Below are positions 16,216 to 27,238 of a stretch of DNA of 64,000 bases, piece by piece (position 1 is the stretch's first letter; each line of letters begins with the position of its first letter). Source of the stretch: a virus (Duplodnaviria; Caudoviricetes); the IMG/VR virus record IMGVR_UViG_3300032246_000346, positions 1,823-65,822 of that record. One strand, 5' to 3'. Under the pieces are notes generated by a model. It saw only the letters and a list, made by a program, of their open reading frames with translations, was not told the origin of the DNA and searched no databases. Both the position numbers and the translations under genes were made by a program.

Positions 16216-19065
16216 ATGCAAACAATTGAATTTTTACAGAGCATATGGTCTGAGACAGGATACTACTGTATCTGTGGTAAAGATCAGAAAAATATAGTCA
16301 CTCCCAAATTTGTAAATTCTATAGAAGAAGCCATAAAAACATCCAAAACATTTTTAGATGATAAACAAGATGTATACTTTGCTTGCTCAACATGGAATGA
16401 ACCTACTGAACGTAAAGCAATTAATGCTAAAGAACAACGTGTTTTTTGGTTAGACATTGATTGTGGTTTTGATGCTAAGAAACGTAAGTGGAAAGATTAC
16501 GAAACTAAAGATGCTGCACTCGTAGCACTTAGAGAATTTACAGATACCACGAAGTTGCCTGCGCCTACTATTGTTGACTCAGGTAATGGCATACATTGTT
16601 ATTGGACTTTGACAGAACCTGTAGCTTCGGCTATATGGAAACCTGTAGCAGAAGGCTTAAAGTTTTTATGTGTTAAACATAGTTTTAAAGCTGACCCTGC
16701 CTGCACTGCTGATATGTCTCGTATCTTACGAGTTCCAGGCACAAAGAACTTTAAAGATGTTGCTAACCCTGTTGACGTTGTGGTATTGAATATAGGAACT
16801 CCAACTCCGTTTGATGAGATAGCAAGCCTCATCCCTATACATCTTACAGATAAACCTAAAGCTAAACGTCCATTAGATGAAGCTACTAAAGCTATCTTAG
16901 GTAATAACTCATCTAAGTTCATGAAGATTATTGAACGTTGCCGTAAAGATGATGGATGCTCACAACTTACACACATCATAACAAAACAAGCTACGATTGA
17001 AGAACCATTATGGAGATCAGGATTATCTATCGCTGCATATTGTGAAGACTCATCAGTAGCTATACACAGTATATCTAAACACCACCCTGATTATGATTAC
17101 GCTAGGACAGAGGCTAAAGCTGATGCAATCCCAGGACCTCATACTTGCAGACAGTTTGAAAATCTAAGACCTACAGGATGTGAAGGATGTAAACATAAAG
17201 GTAAGATTACATCACCTATTGAATTAGGACGTGTTATCCTACGCGCTAAAGGTGCAGATAATGTTATCCAAGCTAAGTCTGAAGCATTAGGTGAGACAGT
17301 TACATACCATGTGCCTGACTTTCCCTTTCCCTACTTTAGAGGAAAGAATGGTGGTGTCTATAAAACCGTAGCGGAAGAAGAGGAAGAAGCTGTCTTAATA
17401 TATGACTATGACTTTTACCTTGTTGAAATTCTAAACGATAAAGATGCAGCAGGGTTCTGTGCATGGTTTAAGATACACCTTCCACAAGATGGCGTTCAAG
17501 AATTTATTGCTCCACTTACACAACTATTATCTCGTGATGAAGCACGTAAGATTTTAGCAGCCAAAGGTATTGTTAGAAATGGTAAACGACTTGATGCTGT
17601 TATTGATTACATCATGGCAGTTATTGAAGCACAACAAAAACAAAAACCTTCTACACCTATGTATAAACAATATGGTTGGACAGAAGATTACAAAAAGATA
17701 CTTATAGGTAATAGAGAAATTAGCGCCTTTGGTATTAAGTTTGTTCCTGTATCTGATGATTTAAAAGATATTAATCCTGCATTAAGTAAGAAGGGTTCAT
17801 ATGAACTATGGAAGAAAGCTATATCTGTATATGAACGGCCAGGTATGGAATTACGAGCCTTTGGTTTCTTTTGTGCCTTTGGTTCTTTCCTCATGCCCTT
17901 CTTTAAATCTAAAGAAAAGTCAGCAGTTATAAATCTATATAACCCTGAGTCAGGTCAAGGTAAATCAACTATTCTACAAGCTATGACTAGTGTTGTAGGT
18001 AACCCTGCTATGAATGCAAATTTAATTCAAGTATGGGGTGATACAGGTAATGCCGTTATTAATCGTATGGGTTATATGAATAACGTAGCTGCAGCCGTAG
18101 ATGAATTTACAAAAGTTACTGCAGACCAACTACATGACTATCTAAAGTTTATGACTACAGGTCGTGGTAAAAATCGTATGGATAGTAGTGGTAAAAACAA
18201 AGAACGACATAACGATACAATCTTTAACTTAATATCTGTAGTATCAAGTAACAAAGATTTCAGGACGGTCATATTCTCAGAAAACGCTAAAGCTTCAGGG
18301 GAGATGGCACGCTTTTTACAAATCAGAATTGATGAAGATAAAACTTTAACTAAAGAAGAAGCTGATGAATACTTTGAATTGTTACCTGATAACTATGGAC
18401 ATGCTATTGAAATATATGCTCAATGGTTGATAGCTAACTTAGACTCAGTTAAGGTTGCACTCAAAGAAACACAACTAGCTATAGACAAAGCATGGAATAT
18501 TACAGGACGTGAACGTAAATATTCAGCTACCTTAGCTGCAGTATTTTTAGGTGCTAAGATTTCAAGACAACTAGGCATACATAATATAGACCCTGTGCCT
18601 GTGCAAGAAGCAGTTAGAAAAGCTTTAGTATCATCACGTGAAGAGTTAACTACACGAGACTTTGATGCTATGGAAACCCTAACATCATTTTTACATGAGA
18701 ATTTAAAGAATACTTTAGTTATTAATAGTAAGACAGATTCTCGTTCAGGATTATTAGAAGCACCATTATTGAAACCAATCAATGAGTTACGTGTCAGAAT
18801 TGAGCCAGATACTAACACAATATTCATAGGACTTGATACAATACGCGCATATCTAAAAGACCTTGGTAACGTAGAGTATGAAGATTTTGTTAGGAAGTTA
18901 AGGGAAGCTAATGTTCTTAGACCTAAATCAGGAGAATCTAAATTGTTACATAAAGGTTTAGATATTACAGGTGCAGGCAAACGATGCTTGTGGATTGATA
19001 GTTCATCATTTGATGACATCAATATTGATAAATTACCATTGGATATACCAAAAAGTGTTAACTAA
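16216..19065 (+). CDS. Primase (RepB/AEP-like) fused to DUF927 helicase
   Basis: WLDID, SGNGIH.YW, D.SRILRVPGT.N; C-terminal P-loop SGQGKST, VDE. Confidence 0.88.
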   Translation: MQTIEFLQSIWSETGYYCICGKDQKNIVTPKFVNSIEEAIKTSKTFLDDKQDVYFACSTWNEPTERKAINAKEQRVFWLDIDCGFDAKKRKWKDYETKDAALVALREFTDTTKLPAPTIVDSGNGIHCYWTLTEPVASAIWKPVAEGLKFLCVKHSFKADPACTADMSRILRVPGTKNFKDVANPVDVVVLNIGTPTPFDEIASLIPIHLTDKPKAKRPLDEATKAILGNNSSKFMKIIERCRKDDGCSQLTHIITKQATIEEPLWRSGLSIAAYCEDSSVAIHSISKHHPDYDYARTEAKADAIPGPHTCRQFENLRPTGCEGCKHKGKITSPIELGRVILRAKGADNVIQAKSEALGETVTYHVPDFPFPYFRGKNGGVYKTVAEEEEEAVLIYDYDFYLVEILNDKDAAGFCAWFKIHLPQDGVQEFIAPLTQLLSRDEARKILAAKGIVRNGKRLDAVIDYIMAVIEAQQKQKPSTPMYKQYGWTEDYKKILIGNREISAFGIKFVPVSDDLKDINPALSKKGSYELWKKAISVYERPGMELRAFGFFCAFGSFLMPFFKSKEKSAVINLYNPESGQGKSTILQAMTSVVGNPAMNANLIQVWGDTGNAVINRMGYMNNVAAAVDEFTKVTADQLHDYLKFMTTGRGKNRMDSSGKNKERHNDTIFNLISVVSSNKDFRTVIFSENAKASGEMARFLQIRIDEDKTLTKEEADEYFELLPDNYGHAIEIYAQWLIANLDSVKVALKETQLAIDKAWNITGRERKYSATLAAVFLGAKISRQLGIHNIDPVPVQEAVRKALVSSREELTTRDFDAMETLTSFLHENLKNTLVINSKTDSRSGLLEAPLLKPINELRVRIEPDTNTIFIGLDTIRAYLKDLGNVEYEDFVRKLREANVLRPKSGESKLLHKGLDITGAGKRCLWIDSSSFDDINIDKLPLDIPKSVN

Positions 19066-19249
19066 CGGCGTAGATTACCAAATATTATGGCCTGAATTTA
19101 AACCAGGCTCGAGTATCTTTATACCCTCTATTGATACAGATGCAGCTAGTGCAGCTATAGAACGCGAAAGCAAACGCTTAGAGTTTGAATATGTGCTTAA
19201 AGTTGTAGTAGAAGATGGAGTTAAAGGTATTCGAGTCTGGCGATTATAA
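19055..19249 (+). CDS. Hypothetical protein
   Basis: W..FKPG.SIFIP...G..GIRVWR; last + strand gene, converging on the structural module. Confidence 0.65.
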   Translation: MLTNGVDYQILWPEFKPGSSIFIPSIDTDAASAAIERESKRLEFEYVLKVVVEDGVKGIRVWRL

Positions 19250-22200
19250 GCCACCACGATAACGTAGTTGTTGTATATATCGATCAGTTCGGTCTTTAAG
19301 TTGTAGTTGATGACCTAACATAGTCTGACGCATTTCTTCAATACGATCAAGTTCAGCTTTCTTAGAAGCAGGAGTCCATCTAACAGTATCTTTAGAAGCA
19401 TAGATTTGATTTTCATATGTTCGTAAGGTTTGTAATTCTTTACTAATTGAAGCCATTTCACGCTGCATATTAACAATTTCTGCATTGTGATCTTCTTTAA
19501 GATACTCTTGATATTTCTTATAGTCTAATTGTTTATAACGGTTAGCTGATGAAACAATTTTTTGCACAACATCATTTAATTCATAGTAATCGTTTATATT
19601 ACGTGCGCCATGTTCTTTAGCTACAAAAGCATTCATACTAGGAAGTTGTAATAAATAATCTCTTATTGATTGCTCAGGAAGTATTTCACCTCTCATAGAA
19701 GCTATTAAGTGATTGGATATTAAGCCTAATAATACAGATGTAGTTCCAAAGTATCTATCAAAGAAATGCTGTATTGTTGCTGGTGACGTTCCTGTAGTAT
19801 CACCCATTAATCTAGATAACTGCATAGTATATTTATTACTATATTGTAAATCTTCTTCTAGATTTTCTTGCCCTCTACCTACAATAGGACGACCTGTATT
19901 TAAATCGATATTATAAGCACTCTCAACCATAGGTGAGATTAAAGTAGGAATAGCTGAAGGTAATGCAATAGCTCTAGTTAGACCAACCTTTAATGAATGA
20001 AGCATCTTTTCAGAATCTTCACTTTCTAAAATAAACTTATTAACAAGATGCTCAGGTAGTGTCTTAAATAGTAATGTAATTATATCGTTACGTAATGGAA
20101 GTTTAAAACCATTGGTGCCAGGAATAAATAGGTATCTATCTTTTTCTGATGTATCTGCTTTTTTATACTTATCATCATCAGCATTTAATACTGCATAGAT
20201 CATAGCTAGCGCAAACATTTGAGCGCCTGTAGTAATTAGACGTTTGAAAGCTTTACCATGAGCATCAGGACCTATACCTGAATCAAGCAATGTGCTAAAG
20301 GCTACATGTAATGATTGTAAGTTAGCATTAACGAATGGAGCATTTTGTCTTAATGTATTAACAATACCTGATGAACCTGTTCTACGGAAGTTAATAATTT
20401 CTTCTGCCATATGAACTGCACGAGCTCTATCGTTTGTTTCGAGCATGACTTGAGAGTATACTGCTTGACGAATGACGTTATCAGATGCCATAGCTAACAT
20501 ACCTAACGGATGGGCTACCATTTTAATAAGTTTAGTTAATGAACCTGCTTGTTTAGCTTCTTTCATAGCATCAATATCAATGCGTTCATATTCAGAACTG
20601 AAATCATGTTTACCTACAGTGCCTGTAGTTTTTAAATAGTTACGTGCAGCACTTTTACCAAACGGAGTTAACATAATTTCTTTAAGAACTTGAACAGGGA
20701 TTGCTAATGGAAATCTAACTTGAGATGTAAACATCGCATTATAAGCGTCCATAGGAATCTGTGCTATAGAGAATATAGGTTGAAGCACAATGTTCATACG
20801 TAAGAAGTTAGCATAAGGACGTAAAGCACCTCGTAAGAATGGAGTCATTACTGGTTCTAATCCAGTAAAGCCATCAACCATACTAGCACCATCAGTGCCT
20901 TGGAACTCATACTTAACAAGCTTACCATTTTGCCAAACGTTTACAACGTTACCTGCTTTAGAACGTTCTTTGACACCAAGAATTTTAATATCGTCAGGAA
21001 CCCATTTAGAGTATAGTTTAATCTTTTCTTGCGCTGCACGATTATTAATAGCTTTTCTAGTCATATAACGTGTCCAACGTTCCATGTTATCAAACACATT
21101 ATTAACAGGTTGGTAACTACCTTTTAATCGTTTATCTGCTGCAGCATCAAGTAAACCTCTTGCATATTCTTTAGGTCCTTTACCTGCTTCGATTTGTTCG
21201 TCTCTATAAAAAGGCACATAGTCCATAACATTTAATAATTCTTCTACATCTTCCTTGCTATAAAGACCTTGTTTTTCAGCAAAGTTTAATACACGTTGAC
21301 GATTTTTATTCCATGAACTAAATAGTTTTTCTAGTTCTGAATTACCATGTGTATCTTTAAAATCAGTAAAGAATTTTTCACCAGCTTTAATTTCTGCAGG
21401 AGTTAAATGAACAAGTTTATATTGACGTTTCATTAATGTTTGTGCTTGTGCTTTTTTACCATCTTGCAATAATTTTAATACACGTTTTTTAAGTGTTTTA
21501 TTTGCAGCAATTAAACCTTGTGATCTACGTGCTATAAATGCAGCGCTTGCAGCTTGATACATTTTATGTTCAGGAATATTATGTTTTTTAGCTAACATTG
21601 CTAACTTATCTCTAATAGATGTCATGCTATCTTTAACATCTTTAACTACAAATTTAAATGAATCACTGTCGTATTCTAAATCGCCATGAAGCATAAACAA
21701 GTCAGCCATTTGATCTGACTTAACAGCTTGAGATATTTGCATTTGATAGAATGACTTAGCTAATTCTTCTACGGATAACCCTGCTTTACGCATAGCTGCC
21801 ATAATCTTTTGATTAATTGCATGGTCAAATGAGAACCCTGCTTTTCTAAAGTTGCGAACCATTTCACCAATTGTTTGTATTGGATGAGCCATTAAGTTGT
21901 CTTTAAAGGAAGGTGGAGTTACTTTAGGACGTGATTTATTTCCTGATGCAGCTAATTGACGATCAAGTTCTTCTTCACTCATACGAGCAAATAAAGGTTG
22001 GCCTTGTAAAGCTTTATTAGCCATTTCTTGAGTAACAGTGAAACCCATTTGGTCACCAATACGTTGTTCTGGTGGAGCATCAATATTAGGGGGTTCAAAG
22101 CTAATTGTTTCTAATTTACCGCCACCTAATTTTTTAAGTAGTTTAGATAAATATCTAGGAATATAATTATCATAAAATTCAGTCATACCTTTACTAGGGA

Positions 22201-25200
22201 ATCTAATGAGATCAGCTCTCCAATTATCTGCTTCTCCTGGTTTTAACTCTCTAACTTTATCAGCTATACTACCTAAGTATTCTTCTAATTGTTCATCAGG
22301 AACATTAGGTATAGTTCGTGTATCTTCACCATTATCTAATATACCATTTATATCAAAAGTCCCATCAGTATTATGCATTACATGTACTGAATGAAATTGT
22401 TCTAATCTACCACCTTTCCAAGCCGCTTGCGTTCCATTAACAAAAGCAACTTTATCAACACCTTGATCTACTGCAAAACGAATGATATTTTTAAGTATTA
22501 AATTACTCCATGCTTCTGTATCTTGAACCCATGGACCACGTTCAAGTTTACCGCTTTGTTTTATACCCTCTAGTTGTAATTTAACTTCATCATGTTTAAT
22601 TTGAGTTTCTTCTATTTTTAAACTATACTCTCTAACACGCTTAGAAGCTTCTAAATAATCTTCACGCCAGTTATTAATATGTTCATTATTTATATACTTT
22701 TCAACAACAGGTTTAATAGACTCATAATTAGCCATAGAAGTAGGACGTGTTAATTCTTCTTTAAAAAATTCAGGCTCTAATAAATATTGAGTTATATCAT
22801 GAAGAAACGAAGTTGTATAATTTTGTTTAATAGCTTCAAATATAGCAGCATATGCAGTTTGTTTATCATTTGATGCTTCACGATATTTAACTCTTATATC
22901 ATGAACAGCATTATCTAACATGTGTTCTTTTTTCTGTAAAGCCTCTATAGCTGCTTTTTCGTCGTTAGAAAGATTTTTTTTAAAACCCCAATTTCCAGGA
23001 ACAAAATCAGTTAAATGTTCTTGTTTAATGTTATATTGTTTAGCTAGTTTTCTTAAATGACGTTTACGTATTGTTTTAGCTCCTTGAGCCCAATCTGATT
23101 GAATTTCTTCAACAAATAAAACTCGATTGCCTTTATTATCCATACGAATGTTAACGCGATAATGAGCAATAGGATTAGTAACATCAGGCCAATGAAATGT
23201 GTCAAATAAAGATTCACCCCCGTATCCTGCAGGCACTTTAATAGAAGTTCCAATATATTCTTGTGCTGCTTCATAAGCAGAGGCTTCTGAATTATATATA
23301 GTATTATTAAGTACAATACCTGTATCTACATCAGAAATATGCCAACCATCACCCATATCAAAAACATCTACTTTTCTTACAGTAAATTCTTTTGCAGGGC
23401 CTTTAAGACGTAAAATAATTTCAGCATAGTCATTAGTTCCGCCTGGTAATATATATGAACCATGTCCATATTTTGTACCTTTAGGACCTCTAGTTTCATT
23501 CCAGTCATCTATAAGTTGTTCTCTAGCATTATCTACTTCAATGTCAAAATCATGACGTAAAGATCTATAAATTTCATCCGCTATATCATCTAAACCACTA
23601 GTATTATAATCATTAGCTACATCTAAAGCGTCATTTTCATTAAAGTAATAAGTATCATCTACAGGTCCAGTTTTCCACTCTTCACTGTAAACTCTATATC
23701 CTTTATTACCATCAGCATCAGTTACATTTTCTTCTTTAACATAATAAGGGAAAGGATATTCATCTGCAGCTTGTTCATTAGCATCTTGCGACATTTGACC
23801 TGCAGGATCATCACCATAATTAGAAGTAATCCAATCTTCTAAATGTGCTTCAACAAAAGCGTTTCTAGCATCTTCATCATCTTCTGCGGCTTCATCAACA
23901 CCATATTTAATTTCTTCAACTTGTGGGCCATTATCTGCAAGATAGTTAACAAGTTCTTGTTTTTCAATCTTATCTTTACCACGCATTTTCAAGTAGTCCA
24001 TAATGCCTGAAAATTCTATTTCATCATCTTTAATTCCTTCTGATTTTCTACCCTTAATCCAATCAATCCATTGGTCAGCATTTTGAGATGTAGCACCTTT
24101 ATGGAAGGTTGCATTAGTTATAATACGAGATAGCTGTGAATAGTATGTAGGTTTAGCAACACCTTCTTCTTCACCCTTCATAGTAATACCGGGCGTAGCT
24201 TCTTTAACTTTACCTGCAAGTGATACACGAACAGAGTGTTGCACCATATCACGAATGTCATCAGCAGTAATATTATCTACATTCCAACCATAACCTAATT
24301 TAGATAAGAACTGTTTAATATAACCTACGATTTGACGGAATATAGAATTGTTAGGAGCAGTTTCACCAATACGTGCAATAACTTCTTGCATGAAGTAATC
24401 ACTACCTTCAGGATATTCAGGATATGTTTTAACTGTATTTTCCCAAGCAGCTTTAATATCTTTATCTGTTATTTTGTTTTGTTTAATAGAACGCACAACA
24501 CGTTTGTAATTATTAGTTCCTAACATACCTTCTAGGCCATAGTGTGCACCGATCTCATGTAATAGCATGCGAGGAGCATCTTCTTTAGTAATACGGTTAG
24601 CAATAAAGTAACCTTTGCCTTTATGAAATACAGCTTTAGTGCCAGGAGTTACAGGACCTATTTCAGGAGGTAGTTCAGATACATCGTTAAGGAAGTTAAG
24701 TAAACCACGTTTTTTAGCTAAGTTTACATTCTTGCCATATTGTTGTTGGAACGCACTTTCAATAGACGCAGGTGTTTCACCTGTATTTTGAATCTCACCA
24801 CGAGCTTCTTGTGGTAGTCCTTTTTCTTCTTCAGATACTTTTGTTAAGTCAACCTTCTTAGATTTACGTGCAGCTTTTAAAGACTCAATAGTATCGTGTG
24901 CTTCTACAATATCATCGTTAGATGCTATGCCGTTATCTAAAGCTTCAATAAGACTATTAGTAGGATCTAATGTGCGTAACAGACTAGCCATCTTCTTCAT
25001 GGCTTTTGTTTCTTTTGTTTCTGTTAACTCTTCTTCGCTTTTTAAAACTTCTGTAGTTTTAGGAGCTTTTGCTTCTTTTGTTTCAGTTTCAACAGGAACA
25101 TTCTCATCTCTTACCCAACCTGATGTTATTGTGCCATCTGCATTAGTTGTTTCTGCCCAAACAAATCCTGGGATAGGTGACTTCTTAGTTGTATCAATTA

Positions 25201-27238
25201 CTGTCTTAGGTTCAATAGGTTTCTTTGTTTCTGCTTCTTCTGCTTTATTAATTGATTTAATTTGGAAAGGGCCCAAATAATATTCAATCATTTTTTGAAC
25301 TGAACCCAATATTTTAGCATGTTCAGCATTTACTTTAATAATACCTTTATCATGAATAAGTGCATAAGAACCATCTTGATTCTCCATGACATCAACATTA
25401 ATAGGTCCAACATCTTCAGTATCAACACTATAAGTGCCCTCACGTTTAGATGTAGCACTGGCATCTCTTTCAGCTCTAGTACGTTTTAATGGAGCGTTGA
25501 CTGCGCCTTTTCCCTTTTTAGTGAGTTCAGCAGCACTTCCGCTGATATTAGTTGCAGCTCGGTTAGGTCCTTCAGTTCCTCCGGTAGTTCCATCTTCGGA
25601 TTGTCCAAGAACTTCATCGTTAACTCCAGTTGCTCCAGTGTTAGTTCTGGTTCCATCGGTTGCCTCGGCTTTCTGTTGATCTAATAATGATTTATAGGTT
25701 TCTACTGCTTGCTCATTAATCTTGCCAGTATGAGAATTTAAAGTGTCGTCTAATAATACACGACCTTCAGGTGTTCCTACATCCTGCCCAAGAAGAGTTT
25801 TAAATGCTTTAGAATTCTTACTTAATCCCCACGAAGTTAACGTAGTTTCAGTAAGTGCTGTTGGGTTGACTGGTTCCATGGATTCGAGATCAGTGGCCTC
25901 AGATACAACTTGTTTTTGTTGAGCGGCTTTAAGTCTAGCTGCTTCAGCGGCTTTAGCTTGGTTAACTTGGTTAGCTTTGTCCTCTAAATCTTTTAGTGTA
26001 GATTTAATAATAGCTTCACGACTACCACGCTTTTCTTCTGCAGGTGGTTCATTATCTATTTCTTTTTCAGCTTCTTTTTGACCTCTAGCTTGTATAGAAC
26101 CTCTGATACCACCATATGTTCCAGGAACTATAGACATACCAAATGATGCTGCTGCAGTATTAATATAATCATTAATAGCTTCTTTATCACCTATAGGCAT
26201 ATCAGCACCGAAACGTTCTAGCGCTGTTTGAAGTAATTCAGGTGGAACTTCTTTAGCACCTGTAATAGCCCAGTTTTTAACTACACTCATTACAAAGTTT
26301 TTAGTAGGAGTAGCTAAATTATCTAGAGCATCTAAGCCAATCTTTGTAGCAAAGAAATCACCTAGTGCATGACCAGCAGCTGCAGTAGTTAATCTACCAG
26401 TGCTTAAATCGTCAACTGCTTTTATTCTTTCTTCAGGATCTTCTATATTTTGTGTAGCATGGTCAATAGCTTGGCTCATAACTTCACCTTCACCATGAAT
26501 ACCAGCCATAGCACCAATACCTATACGGCTACCTATTTCTTTCTGAACAGCTTTCTTACCAGCTTCAGAAGACATAAACTTAGTAGCTTCTTTTTCAATA
26601 TAAGCTTTAGCAGCATCATCACCTTTTTCTTTGGCAATTTTTTCTACTGCTTCTTTTAAACCTTTTCTAACTAAACTCTTACTTACTAAACCTGTAATAG
26701 CACCTGCTGCTGTACCGCCACCAGGTTCAACTAAAGTACCGCCTAATCCACCTACAGCTGAAAAGGCAAGACCTTCTCCAACCATACCAATACTTTTACC
26801 CATCCAATATGGTATAAAATCTGTAACTACTGAACCAATACCTTTATTAATAGCACCTTGAATAGTATCTGTTTCTTTTGCTAAAGGAGCTAATTCTTTA
26901 GAAGCTTCTTCATAGCCTTTAACACCAGCACGCATTAATTTTTCAGAACCGATTTGCTTACCTAATAAAGCTTCAGCTCCAGATAAAGTAGCTTTTGTTT
27001 CAGGTAGATATGTGCGTAAACCTCTAATAAAATCACTAGAGTTATCAGCAGGCTTAGCAGTGGGGGCTTGAGTTAAATCTTTTTGAGGTTGTTGAGCAGC
27101 AACTACTGGCTCTTCAGGCGTAGCTTCTTCTTCAGCAGGTAGAGATTGAATGTATTTAGTTAATGCTTTTGCTGATTCAACATCACCCGCCGCATCTGCC
27201 TTTTCCAAAGCAGAGTATAAGGCGTTTAAATCTTCCAT
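19244..27238 (-). CDS. Giant (~2660 aa) internal virion / large polyvalent protein (metallopeptidase-like, EEIQSD domain, LPD38-like C-terminus)
   Basis: Start reassigned to MEDLNAL (27238, TAATG coupling); LLHEIGAHYGL; VLFVEEIQSDW; C-terminal INFRRTG...PF.NA.LQ...DDKY....EKD.YLFIP. Confidence 0.8.
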   Translation of the reverse strand: MEDLNALYSALEKADAAGDVESAKALTKYIQSLPAEEEATPEEPVVAAQQPQKDLTQAPTAKPADNSSDFIRGLRTYLPETKATLSGAEALLGKQIGSEKLMRAGVKGYEEASKELAPLAKETDTIQGAINKGIGSVVTDFIPYWMGKSIGMVGEGLAFSAVGGLGGTLVEPGGGTAAGAITGLVSKSLVRKGLKEAVEKIAKEKGDDAAKAYIEKEATKFMSSEAGKKAVQKEIGSRIGIGAMAGIHGEGEVMSQAIDHATQNIEDPEERIKAVDDLSTGRLTTAAAGHALGDFFATKIGLDALDNLATPTKNFVMSVVKNWAITGAKEVPPELLQTALERFGADMPIGDKEAINDYINTAAASFGMSIVPGTYGGIRGSIQARGQKEAEKEIDNEPPAEEKRGSREAIIKSTLKDLEDKANQVNQAKAAEAARLKAAQQKQVVSEATDLESMEPVNPTALTETTLTSWGLSKNSKAFKTLLGQDVGTPEGRVLLDDTLNSHTGKINEQAVETYKSLLDQQKAEATDGTRTNTGATGVNDEVLGQSEDGTTGGTEGPNRAATNISGSAAELTKKGKGAVNAPLKRTRAERDASATSKREGTYSVDTEDVGPINVDVMENQDGSYALIHDKGIIKVNAEHAKILGSVQKMIEYYLGPFQIKSINKAEEAETKKPIEPKTVIDTTKKSPIPGFVWAETTNADGTITSGWVRDENVPVETETKEAKAPKTTEVLKSEEELTETKETKAMKKMASLLRTLDPTNSLIEALDNGIASNDDIVEAHDTIESLKAARKSKKVDLTKVSEEEKGLPQEARGEIQNTGETPASIESAFQQQYGKNVNLAKKRGLLNFLNDVSELPPEIGPVTPGTKAVFHKGKGYFIANRITKEDAPRMLLHEIGAHYGLEGMLGTNNYKRVVRSIKQNKITDKDIKAAWENTVKTYPEYPEGSDYFMQEVIARIGETAPNNSIFRQIVGYIKQFLSKLGYGWNVDNITADDIRDMVQHSVRVSLAGKVKEATPGITMKGEEEGVAKPTYYSQLSRIITNATFHKGATSQNADQWIDWIKGRKSEGIKDDEIEFSGIMDYLKMRGKDKIEKQELVNYLADNGPQVEEIKYGVDEAAEDDEDARNAFVEAHLEDWITSNYGDDPAGQMSQDANEQAADEYPFPYYVKEENVTDADGNKGYRVYSEEWKTGPVDDTYYFNENDALDVANDYNTSGLDDIADEIYRSLRHDFDIEVDNAREQLIDDWNETRGPKGTKYGHGSYILPGGTNDYAEIILRLKGPAKEFTVRKVDVFDMGDGWHISDVDTGIVLNNTIYNSEASAYEAAQEYIGTSIKVPAGYGGESLFDTFHWPDVTNPIAHYRVNIRMDNKGNRVLFVEEIQSDWAQGAKTIRKRHLRKLAKQYNIKQEHLTDFVPGNWGFKKNLSNDEKAAIEALQKKEHMLDNAVHDIRVKYREASNDKQTAYAAIFEAIKQNYTTSFLHDITQYLLEPEFFKEELTRPTSMANYESIKPVVEKYINNEHINNWREDYLEASKRVREYSLKIEETQIKHDEVKLQLEGIKQSGKLERGPWVQDTEAWSNLILKNIIRFAVDQGVDKVAFVNGTQAAWKGGRLEQFHSVHVMHNTDGTFDINGILDNGEDTRTIPNVPDEQLEEYLGSIADKVRELKPGEADNWRADLIRFPSKGMTEFYDNYIPRYLSKLLKKLGGGKLETISFEPPNIDAPPEQRIGDQMGFTVTQEMANKALQGQPLFARMSEEELDRQLAASGNKSRPKVTPPSFKDNLMAHPIQTIGEMVRNFRKAGFSFDHAINQKIMAAMRKAGLSVEELAKSFYQMQISQAVKSDQMADLFMLHGDLEYDSDSFKFVVKDVKDSMTSIRDKLAMLAKKHNIPEHKMYQAASAAFIARRSQGLIAANKTLKKRVLKLLQDGKKAQAQTLMKRQYKLVHLTPAEIKAGEKFFTDFKDTHGNSELEKLFSSWNKNRQRVLNFAEKQGLYSKEDVEELLNVMDYVPFYRDEQIEAGKGPKEYARGLLDAAADKRLKGSYQPVNNVFDNMERWTRYMTRKAINNRAAQEKIKLYSKWVPDDIKILGVKERSKAGNVVNVWQNGKLVKYEFQGTDGASMVDGFTGLEPVMTPFLRGALRPYANFLRMNIVLQPIFSIAQIPMDAYNAMFTSQVRFPLAIPVQVLKEIMLTPFGKSAARNYLKTTGTVGKHDFSSEYERIDIDAMKEAKQAGSLTKLIKMVAHPLGMLAMASDNVIRQAVYSQVMLETNDRARAVHMAEEIINFRRTGSSGIVNTLRQNAPFVNANLQSLHVAFSTLLDSGIGPDAHGKAFKRLITTGAQMFALAMIYAVLNADDDKYKKADTSEKDRYLFIPGTNGFKLPLRNDIITLLFKTLPEHLVNKFILESEDSEKMLHSLKVGLTRAIALPSAIPTLISPMVESAYNIDLNTGRPIVGRGQENLEEDLQYSNKYTMQLSRLMGDTTGTSPATIQHFFDRYFGTTSVLLGLISNHLIASMRGEILPEQSIRDYLLQLPSMNAFVAKEHGARNINDYYELNDVVQKIVSSANRYKQLDYKKYQEYLKEDHNAEIVNMQREMASISKELQTLRTYENQIYASKDTVRWTPASKKAELDRIEEMRQTMLGHQLQLKDRTDRYIQQLRYRGGL

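Noticed and set aside
18420-19022. 200-aa antisense ORF, and other short opposite-strand ORFs in the track
   Set aside because: They lie fully antisense to well-supported genes, lack RBSs and have shadow-like composition
19244-27238. Virion RNA polymerase (N4- or crAss-like)
   Set aside because: No DxDGD or single-subunit RNAP motifs recognised; early promoters are canonical sigma70
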